Source of the DNA: Sphaeroforma arctica JP610
Lineage: Eukaryota
Length of the DNA stretch: 20,000 nucleotides
Direction: 5' to 3'
Assembly (NCBI RefSeq): GCF_001186125.1
Contig: NW_014040521.1
Location: 162,141-182,140, forward strand
In this document: positions 10,709 through 20,000 of the stretch, one piece after another
Layout of the letters: the number at the start of each line of letters is the position of its first letter
How positions within the stretch are numbered: the first letter of the stretch is position 1
The notes under the pieces: generated by a model
What the model was told of the DNA's origin: nothing
The model's input: the letters and a program-made list of their open reading frames with translations, nothing else
Databases searched by the model: none
Position numbers and translations under genes: made by a program

Positions 10709-11090
10709 GGCGCTGTGACGGAGTCACCGAATGCGCGCCCAACTCGAGTATGCTTCAGAGGACACGACACTATACTCGCACACTCGCTCACAGTTAACAA
10801 TACATCAAGAAGTATATCATATTTATACTCGAGAAGATAATGATACAACATCGATGAAGGAGCTGACTACGCACGGCAGGTATAGGTTATCTCTGAGCAT
10901 CGTTTATTCATAAGACGGGCTTGTATCTGCTTCGTCGAACCTGTGATGAACAAGGAAGAAAGAGGATATGCTGACATTCGAACAAGTACCAAGTATAACG
11001 ACAGGTTTCTGCACCCTCGTAGACGAAGGGGTGCGAAATACATTTTCTGTCATGAACGTATTGCTTTTAGTCTAATGGTGGGATCCTCTA

Positions 11091-11988
11091 NNNNNNNNNN
11101 NNNNNNNNNNNNNNNNNNNNNNNNNNNNNNNNNNNNNNNNNNNNNNNNNNNNNNNNNNNNNNNNNNNNNNNNNNNNNNNNNNNNNNNNNNNNNNNNNNNN
11201 NNNNNNNNNNNNNNNNNNNNNNNNNNNNNNNNNNNNNNNNNNNNNNNNNNNNNNNNNNNNNNNNNNNNNNNNNNNNNNNNNNNNNNNNNNNNNNNNNNNN
11301 NNNNNNNNNNNNNNNNNNNNNNNNNNNNNNNNNNNNNNNNNNNNNNNNNNNNNNNNNNNNNNNNNNNNNNNNNNNNNNNNNNNNNNNNNNNNNNNNNNNN
11401 NNNNNNNNNNNNNNNNNNNNNNNNNNNNNNNNNNNNNNNNNNNNNNNNNNNNNNNNNNNNNNNNNNNNNNNNNNNNNNNNNNNNNNNNNNNNNNNNNNNN
11501 NNNNNNNNNNNNNNNNNNNNNNNNNNNNNNNNNNNNNNNNNNNNNNNNNNNNNNNNNNNNNNNNNNNNNNNNNNNNNNNNNNNNNNNNNNNNNNNNNNNN
11601 NNNNNNNNNNNNNNNNNNNNNNNNNNNNNNNNNNNNNNNNNNNNNNNNNNNNNNNNNNNNNNNNNNNNNNNNNNNNNNNNNNNNNNNNNNNNNNNNNNNN
11701 NNNNNNNNNNNNNNNNNNNNNNNNNNNNNNNNNNNNNNNNNNNNNNNNNNNNNNNNNNNNNNNNNNNNNNNNNNNNNNNNNNNNNNNNNNNNNNNNNNNN
11801 NNNNNNNNNNNNNNNNNNNNNNNNNNNNNNNNNNNNNNNNNNNNNNNNNNNNNNNNNNNNNNNNNNNNNNNNNNNNNNNNNNNNNNNNNNNNNNNNNNNN
11901 NNNNNNNNNNNNNNNNNNNNNNNNNNNNNNNNNNNNNNNNNNNNNNNNNNNNNNNNNNNNNNNNNNNNNNNNNNNNNNNNNNNNNNNN
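11091..11988. other. Assembly gap (N run)
   Basis: Continuous Ns. Confidence 1.
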
Positions 11989-12350
11989 ACTACATATATA
12001 CATCCATTATATACAATTTACATACATATAATATATATTGTACATTTATATATAAACCAACCATCATGCATATACATGATAACATAATATACATTATACA
12101 TATACACATGTATAGTAATAACAATAAATATACTTATAATAAAATATATTTTATAATATATACATATTATAATATATATATATCATTCATGTACGGTTAA
12201 ATATATATAATCAATATATAAGCGATGGTGAGCATGAACACAAATAGTAAATTGATTTAACATAGAGGCAAGGGTGTAGAGACGCTCACATACATGTATA
12301 AAAACATATAATCGGCATATATACATATAACATGCTACAACATCGTAAAC
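11989..12350. repeat. AT-rich low-complexity tract (ATA/ACAT-like)
   Basis: Degenerate TA/ACAT runs with very little G, flanking the gap. Confidence 0.75.
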
Positions 12351-13275
12351 ATTATACAAATTGAATCAACTGATTCAATTCGACGTTACAAACACGAGGT
12401 TATATGGGAATAAATACTTTAACAACGAGCCTGCATCTGACACAGAAGCCATACACTCGTCGAAATCCACATCACGATATCCCAGTCAACAGTATCGGGC
12501 ATAGGGCCACAGATACTCTTCATTTAGCTGGAATTAATGAACCATACACACATAGACTACGAACACGTATATGAATTATGAGGTTTATTTACTACATTTC
12601 CATTATACTTTTGGGTATCTAAAATTGATAGAAACATAAAGAATCAGACGGTTGATATATCCGTTCGCAAACCGGTATAAACCGTTTCTAGATACTATGC
12701 CACGGTGCACCATAGAACAATAGCACATATAAATAACCGTTTAAACGTGTTCGAAAACAGAACATTCATAATCAAACATGCGTCAGATACCAAATTAGTA
12801 TATATATTTAGAATAAGACAATAGGTTAAACGAACCACATAGGTCAGTTTAAATAATAACGAGTTACAACAATTGGCGACACGAATTTTAGACATGAGTC
12901 GTAAAGTATTAAACATAGTTTGGACCGGATACAAATACAAGATATATAAAACGACAATATATAAATCTAGGACTGTTCTTAATTGTATTTATTGTTGTTC
13001 AGATATTTTTCTTGCATTTACAAAAGGACAAAAGAATTTAGTACAAACAGCAGATAATACTACCGCATTTCAAATATTTTAATATAAAACAGGTACTTTA
13101 GTCTGTTTACAGTTGACTGAGTGATACTTTAGCCACGACTATTAACGACACTTGTAATAATTGGCAAATAATAATTATGACGACGCATTAACCCCACGGT
13201 CCGTGTAGGATATTACCTTCAGATTTGTGGCATAAATAGTCATTACAAAAATACCAACACTGAACTTGGCGGGGC

Positions 13276-13691
13276 TGTGGACAAAGTACCGTAGACGGAG
13301 ATGTAGGGCCGGACCAGAGGACCGGACCGACATGATGAATCTAGGACCAGACCAGAGGACCGGACCTAGGATAAATTATTTAAAGACCGAGCCATAGGAT
13401 CGGGCCTGAGAGGATTTAATTGTGATCCGAGGATCGGACTAGATAATATAATATATGATTTAGTGAGAGATAATGATGACTCACCGGAAGTCATCATTAT
13501 TTAGTAACTAGAAGACCAGAATCTTAGATACGGATATTTTTACAATCTGCCGTTGTTAGTGAAAATCTCGTCCCACATAGGAACGTGATTAATAAATACA
13601 GCAGACGCGCCGATCATAACAGCACTTCTGACTGAGTTTACTTATTTCAGACTTAACACTCTTTATTAAGTGTTACTTGGTTTTGACCACA
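13276..13691 (+). repeat. LTR of the GGACC-rich family, copy 1
   Basis: TGTGGACAAA...TTTGACCACA (10-bp inverted termini, 1 mismatch), internal GGACC subrepeats, AATAAA and the shared 3' block cacttctgactgagtt..cttatttcagactt. Homologous to 14220-14550 and 15264-15620. Confidence 0.85.
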
Positions 13692-14219
13692 CCTTTTATA
13701 CATTGGAACTAACTAGGCTGAACCAGTGAACCTGTAAACCATCTAGCTTCTCCTATACGCGTACCTTGAGTGTACTTACAACTAAGCTCTACTAGCCAAA
13801 CTAGGACGAATCCCCAAGAACCCTAGTCATATTTAATCATAACTTTTAATCTATTTTATGTGAACACCTCCTGTAACTTAGTTTCTCACAGCACAGTTTA
13901 ACAATTAAGGTCCAATCTCTTCCCACCTATTATAAGAAGCTCTGAAGACCCATCTTCATCTTGTTCTTCCTATGGGGAAAGCAAAAATTATCGCGAGAAT
14001 ACACTTGCTTCCTTGCGGAGGATGCTCGTGTTGGCTTCTTGCTGCGGCATATCGATCAGATTATCCAAGTTAAAATGTGTGATGGCTGAACTCGGCTTCG
14101 GTGCCCAGGTGGCAATTATCAAACGCTATCTTGTTGTACATTACGGTGCATCCACCCGCCTCTGTCGCCCGGATAACGTCTCCGAGCTACTCGACCAGGC
14201 GAAACGCCTGAATACATCC

Positions 14220-14550
14220 TGTGGACAAAGTGCCCTCTCTAGGAGGATAGTTTGGACCGGACCAGAGGACAACCGGACATGAGAGAGGAGTTTAGGACCG
14301 GACCAGATAACCGGACCAGAGAACCGGACCGATCAGTGTAATAGAGAAGTTAATAAGATAGAAGTGATGACTCATCCGAAACCATAGAGACGGGTATTTT
14401 CACGTAAACCGATGGTAGAGAGAGTCTCGTTCCATATATGATCGTGATGAATAAATATAGCAGGCACGCCATTTGCAATGGCACTTCTGACTGAGTTCAC
14501 TTATTTCAGACTTCACACTCTTTACTAAGCGTAACTCTGTTTGGACCACA
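14220..14550 (+). repeat. 5' LTR (GGACC family, copy 2)
   Basis: TGTGGACAAAG...TTGGACCACA, homologous to copies 1 and 3. Confidence 0.85.
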
Positions 14551-15263
14551 TTTGAAGTGACCGAACTACTGTATTTACTACATTAAGCTCCTCACAGGGT
14601 AAGCTAACTAAAATTGAATAGGTATGAAATTTTTGTTACACGATGAATGAAGTTACTGTGTGAACAAGAAAGCCTGTGTTCGATTGTTGAAACGACTGCT
14701 TAGAATACATCGGGAATCGCCATTGCGTAATGATGAGGTGGCGATATACCTTTCCTCTGATTTGATACCGGATGAAAAACCAAGACAGAGGTCTATACTA
14801 CGCTAGATTATTTTGATATTTGGGACTCAACAATCGATATCTATGTTGGATAAGGCTGTACAACATATGGAAGGGGTTGTCAAGCAGAGCAACAACTTAG
14901 GGCTGCTGACACATGTGCAAAAGGCTAAGAAGGCTATTTTTTAATTCGGCTACTAACTCGAGAAAAAAAATTCGTGATTTTTCTTAGAGTGGGTTGACTC
15001 GTCTTAAAGCGATGGTCTAGTCTGGACGGATCCAGACCATACGATTGATAGAGGCTTACGAAGTTTTTTCAGGTGCCGACCAAAATCTACCAGTTCCGAA
15101 CTTGCCAACTGTACGTAGGGGACAGCTTCATACTAATTAACCGTCAGGAACTAAGCCAGCCATCACTGTACAGGAGCTACGTGGACATTATACATCCTGT
15201 TAAAATTTATGCTGGTGGTTAAGGAAAACACTACAAGCTAATATGGTGTAGAACCGACACAGA

Positions 15264-15620
15264 TCTGACCAAAGCACCCTATAGGAGGGTAGTCAAGACT
15301 GGACCTTAGGACCGGACCTGAGAGATGAGTTTAGGACCGGACCAGAGGACCGTACCTAAGGGAATATTCGAGGACCGGACAAGAGGACCGGACCGATTAG
15401 TGCAATAGAAAACTTAATGAGATACGAGAAGTGTGTGATGACTCATCCGAAAGCATAGAGACGGGTATTTGCACATAACCCGATATTAGAGAAAGTCTCG
15501 TTCCACACAGGATTGTAATTAATAAATATAGCAGACGCGCTATTCCCAATGACACTTCTACTGAATTCACTTATTTCAGACTTTAAACTCTTTACTAAGC
15601 GTCACTCGGTTTTGACCACA
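15264..15620 (+). repeat. 3' LTR (GGACC family, copy 3)
   Basis: Degenerate start TCTGACCAAAG, end TTTGACCACA. Shares tgatgactcatccgaaa..catagagacgggtattt with copy 2. Confidence 0.8.
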
Positions 15621-16173
15621 ATCCCACTACCGTGATGACCATACCAAGCTAATTTACTTATTTGATTATTTACCCCAAGAACGAGAAATGTATCATCTCG
15701 CTGATGCGGTACTCAGCTACCTATCCCGCCCCCCCCTCCCCCGCAATACCAGATACGTCACAAGCGTCCACGCTCTCTGAGTGACCGCGATCGTTCTCGT
15801 CACCGCTCGCTCCGTCAACGATATTATACCACAAGACCCACACCACGGTCAATACTCAACTGAACGATGCACATGCACACGTTCGACAGCCGCAATTCCA
15901 TCGCACCATGATAACACACGGTTGACCACTTCTACAGTCCGGTCTGAGATCGTACGGCACTTAGACCACCGTTTGTGGTAGCTCTGCCCATGCAATTGGC
16001 AACTCAGCCACATCGCGTGATGCTCGATAACGTGATCATTAATGTCGCCCGGCAAGTGAATCACAACCCCGGACACGCAGGCACCACCATGCTAGCTCCA
16101 AATGCAAACCACACTACCGACGTAGTACAACGCGCCCACGGACACGCGACCAGGAGATCCCAGTACCCAACAT

Positions 16174-16430
16174 TTGAAGATACAGCGCTCACCCATCACT
16201 GCTTTTCGGACTCGCAACGCGCTTGCTCGTTCTGGCATGGTTACGATGCTAAGATTGTCCAGCGCGACTTCCACCAGAAAACGCGAAAACGCTTCTCGAC
16301 GCGCCCAACGCAGAGTTGTACAATACACAAGTACATCTATTTGCTCCAACGTAATTGTTGGTTCTCACGCTCACGCATGACGTATTCTATGGCCACTACA
16401 TTCATACATCTGGCATACATGGTGACAGTC
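16174..16430 (+). pseudogene. Possible retropepsin (aspartic protease) remnant
   Basis: With frameshifts it reads LKIQRSPITAF/SDSQRACSFW (cf. I.G..I.AL.DSGA..SF) and later THDVFYG/TTFI (cf. DVILG..F). Heavily decayed. Confidence 0.4.
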
Positions 16431-16714
16431 TGGCACGCTTCGTCCAGCCCACCGTGTCTAGCATCGATTCCTGCCGCACACATCCCGCTGCCCACGCCCT
16501 ACCGACATGGGAAGCAATCGTTTGTAATGTGATATACAGCGAGACGCATACAAACAAAGAATATTTCATAATCAAACTTTGGTGCCACTCACCACAACAA
16601 TCGACGCATGTGAGACTTTGATTTTAATCTGGTACCTCGCAACGCCCTACGAGCATTTATTACAGCAGCCTGTAGGGGTGAGTTCAAGGAACAGACATAT
16701 ATAGTCCGACCTAA

Positions 16715-17238
16715 GCAGCTACTTCCATGGCGTCAGTGTATTTCTTCGGCAGGATTGTCATTTCCGGGTCATTCAACCGCTTAAGCCATACCTCATTCGT
16801 CGTCGGAATATGAACAGGTTATTCATCAGTCATGTCTGCAGACGCAACATGGCGACGACCAAGACAAACACTAAATGGTGTTGACTTGTGACTTGTGATA
16901 TCTGGAGGTTCTGGTAAAGCATAGTGAAAGGTGAACGCTCATCCCACAATTCCGGACAGCCAACACAAAGTGCGCGCACACATTTGTAAATTTATTTGTA
17001 CCGGCGCTCTGCCGCACCCAATGCTTGAGGGCGGTATGGTTGAATGTCTTGTGCATAATTCCGAGTGCTCATGTAATAAATTTCGCAATTTTATTGACAA
17101 ATTCTGTCCCCTCATCACTCTGAATTTTCCGGAAAAAAAGCCATGCTCACAAAATACCGACGCTGACTCTGTCGCCACAGTCTTAGCATCCTTTGCATGT
17201 AGCGCCCGTAGAATAGAGTATCCGGATGCTACATCCAA
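16715..17238 (-). mobile_element. pol: Second, inverted fragment of the family B integrase core
   Basis: Nucleotide homology to ~8882-9415. Translation LDVASGYSILRALHAKDAKTVATESASVFCEHGF, then KIQSDEGTEFVN and YRPQALGAAERR in shifted frames. Confidence 0.92.
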
Positions 17239-18204
17239 AATATGTAGAACAAGCTATTCTCCATGTTCCATACATGTATGTAAATGAGGTATTACTCCCG
17301 GCGCTGCCCAACAAGGTCACCGCAGCGACAGCTACCACCACTGAACCAGCTGAGGATATTACATCACTCGTTACGGGAGTATCTCAAGAGAGCGTTGACG
17401 GGAGTCAGGGACAGCGACCATACATGCAAGCCCCAATCGACGACACACAATACAACACCTGTGTGGCGCTGCTCCCGCCGCCGTCTATGAACTTCACTAC
17501 CACGATGACGACGAGGAGTTATATATCAATGACGAGAACCACACACGCAACATCACCTGTCGAGGAGGATGCCGACCAACATATAGCAACATACGCAGTC
17601 GAGTGAACGGGTCTAGTAGTACAAGCAGTTTGTGAACATGAGGACCTTTGAGTTTACGTTGATACTAGTTCTAAACCAGCTATGTTACTAATATCATTCG
17701 TAGAGAGACTCAACTTTCACATACAATTAGTATCGCCAGTGTATTCACAAGATTTTGGTGGTGATGGTCAGACTATCCTAACTACTGTTGAATGCGCAGG
17801 CACCAAATGAGGTGGATTTCGTTGTCTCCGACTAGCTACCATGCGACTGCGAGATCCTATTTGACTTGTATGCTTTGCTTCTTCAGACTGGCATATCTGG
17901 TTGGCTGAACGGAGTGAGGATAAACTAAGCAACACTAGTAGTCCTTAGAAACCCATGTTTGGTTGAGCCATCTCGCTACCGAAGTATTCAGATATAAATA
18001 GATTTGGAAAGCAAATATAGTTTTATTAATAGAACTAGTCCAAATCATATCTTTGGCATTTTATTCAGGCCTTTTAATGGCCTTGTCCAAATATCTAATA
18101 TGTAAAATGGAAAAATATATTTAATTAATAAAACCGTTACAACCCATTTAAGGAAAACTAAGAGTACGTTTATATACAAGATTCTAATGTAGAGGCCCGG
18201 CTAT

Positions 18205-18745
18205 TACAGCGGACATTTCAAAAACATCATAGTACACTCAACGGCTGACCTCGCGGCATCATAGTATCAGCTTCTTTTTTACCAGGATTCACGTGATTAT
18301 TTAACATTTATTACGGCTAATGGACGTTTCCACCAGCCACACTGTCTTATGGAAGGGATCGAAATGGGCGTTATGGCATGCAGCACTACATAGACTCCAC
18401 CTTCTGACTTATAACACAAGGCCTTCAGGGCTTACCTGGATGATGACAACCTAGCGACATTTCGGAAAGCGGCCCAGACGATCCTCGAAGCGCTGAACGG
18501 ACCACTGGAACGACATCTCCCGAATATTCTGCATCTGTATAAGAACGTTATCCAGTTGCAACCTCGCGAATGCCAGTCGGTAGTGCTTATCGACTGTACC
18601 ATTATCTTCTTTGGCCGAGAGAATATCCGAAACAGCTATGCAGTCAATTTTAAACGTCCACAAGTCTTACCACAAGTGTTATTCGACAGACCAGCGCCCA
18701 TAAACAGATTAGGGCTTATCAACCTCCTTGCTGTGTTATCCTGGT
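18205..18745 (+). pseudogene. pol: Ty3/Gypsy reverse transcriptase remnant
   Basis: STADLAAS*YQLLFYQDSRDYLTFITANGRF..., MQHYIDSTF (shifted frame), FRAYLDD (YLDD 18433-18444), IQLQPREC...IIFFGREN, PAPINRLGLINLLAVLSW. These are Gypsy RT motifs in the expected order. Confidence 0.85.
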
Positions 18746-19413
18746 AGTTAAAGCGCAATGTGGGGGACTATAAGTAAAGTGCAAATGTATCTAATGAATG
18801 ATACGTTCGAATGAATTTATTTATTGATCTCACCACCAGATATATACTGAAAGTGTTTGTACTAGTGTTCAACCAATTGGGTTGTCCAGGGTAAAAACTC
18901 AAACTTATGCAGAACACTTTAGTACTCTGATATATTTCTAGGAATAAATATATCACATTCTCTGATGCATACTCTCAGTCTCGGAACTCGGCTCTTGGCT
19001 AGCCGGTGGCCCAAGTACTATAAATAGAATATTCTGAGAAGAAGTCTCAAATTAGTATTACTTTGTGGTCAGGAATACAGGCTTAGGGTTATTGGGTTTA
19101 TTTTGATAGAATTTGTAAACTATGTTTAGGGTTTATTTGATCAATATTTCTGATCAAATAAACACATGGTTTTATAAACCAAAGATATTCAAAAAATAAC
19201 CAACGACTGACCTCTGTAGAGGGGAGTACGATGGGATATAGTTATCGAATCGTGTTTTACTACAACTTCCTCTCGGGCTGACCCACCTATACATATATTA
19301 ATTTGAGAACATGTCCCCAATTGACGGCGTAAAATGTTATTAACGTATTTGAAATACGCCTACTCCTGCAGTTTCTCACTGGTGGGTTGATTATATACCT
19401 GGTAATGCCAACC
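18746..19413 (-). repeat. LTR-like repeat inserted in the RT, an inverted homologue of 4251-4737
   Basis: The reverse complement aligns along its length with 4251-4737 (shared blocks such as ggccaccggctag, ctaaagtgttctgcataag, aataaattcattcgaacg). Ends are approximate and no clean TSD was found. Confidence 0.8.
19064..19264. mobile_element. 201-bp insertion with TG...CA ends and 4-bp TSD (solo-LTR-like)
   Basis: ACTT|TGTGG...CTACA|ACTT. Absent from the homologous position of the 4251-4737 copy. Confidence 0.75.
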
Positions 19414-19680
19414 AAGCGGCGATCCTATCTGACTTAACACGCAAGGGTGCTGTGTTTAAGTGAGAAGTTCAAGAGATCGCCCATACATACCTGTTCTCCG
19501 CTGTGGTCTTTCGGATCGCCCCTACCATCCGCTTCCCCGCCAGCAATTGGTAGCTACACCAGACGCGAGCAACAGAGGTATCGGAGCCGGTGTCTCTGTC
19601 CAGATCCCACCTCTGGGTACCCCTGGATGGGATGTAGAACAAGTGGTTATATGTGAGTGCAAGGAGTACCGTGCTCATTT
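19414..19680 (+). pseudogene. pol: RT connection/RNase H N-terminus continuing the RT after an insertion
   Basis: AAILSDLTRKGAVFK* (A.PL..LT.K...F.W pattern), then LVATPDASNRGIGAG (DAS at 19562, RNase H TDAS..GIGA motif). Confidence 0.82.
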
Positions 19681-20000
19681 TAGTTTACCACCTGTTCCGA
19701 ATCAGCCCCCGAGTACTCGCATACGGTAAATATAGCTAGTTTACCAGCTCCTACGAGCTCAACGACTGCAGAGACCCTGGTAGCTCAAGATGCCATAGTT
19801 ACAGCAATGACGAACAACAAACTCCGCACCGACCTCCCGGTGTGTTTAGCACAGCCGCGAGCTTTCGAACCTCGCATGACTGCAGCTGCGAGCCGTGCCA
19901 GTATCCTGTGATATTCGAACGGACAATGCATTTCTCTGTGCAGCTTCATCTACAGACCCTCCATTGCTCTTAGAACAGATGAGGGCAGCTGAAGAATGAA

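Larger units (their letters stand above)
14220..15620 (+). mobile_element. Short non-autonomous or internally deleted LTR element with ATCC target-site duplication
   Basis: Two direct LTRs (14220-14550; ~15264-15620) around ~710 bp. ATCC lies immediately before 14220 and immediately after 15620. No pol motifs were seen inside. Confidence 0.75.

Noticed and set aside
10943..12031. 362-aa and 317-aa ORFs
   Set aside because: Artefacts of translating through the N gap.
14364..14382. Hammerhead ribozyme core (gTGATGActcatccGAAA) in the GGACC LTRs
   Set aside because: Lacks the conserved C of CUGAUGA, stem II cannot close, and copy 1 does not keep GAAA.
15968..16005. Gag zinc knuckle (TVCGSSAHAIGNS)
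   Set aside because: Only two of the four CCHC ligands are present, too weak to call.
17226..17606. 126-aa Thr/Pro-rich ORF as a gene
   Set aside because: No recognisable motif, it overlaps the end of an inverted integrase fragment, and it is probably decayed element sequence.
19083..19131. Telomeric repeat
   Set aside because: Only two isolated TTAGGG hexamers, not an array.

Overview
Eukaryotic-looking, AT-rich region made of decayed retrotransposons, with a ~900-nt N gap (11091-11988) and no intact host gene, RNA gene or CRISPR array that I can support. It is built from decayed, nested Ty3/Gypsy LTR-retrotransposon fragments. These comprise four integrase remnants from two families, RNase H and RT remnants, a probable protease remnant, several LTR-like repeats (two insertions with 4-bp TSDs) and a 30-bp minisatellite. 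The main observation comes from manual translation across stops and frameshifts. On the minus strand (6485->5440) a Gypsy-type pol reads RNase H, then a Dam-like N6-adenine DNA methyltransferase domain (DW..HP, T*LFA, WANPSW, P...WFP), then an HHCC integrase. A second, divergent Gypsy family (8192-9720, +) has the C-terminal half of the same domain in frame with its HHCC/DD35E integrase. This domain is known from tyrosine-recombinase DIRS elements and is not part of canonical Gypsy pol. All domain calls are by-eye motif recognition with no searches run, and the copies here are pseudogenised.
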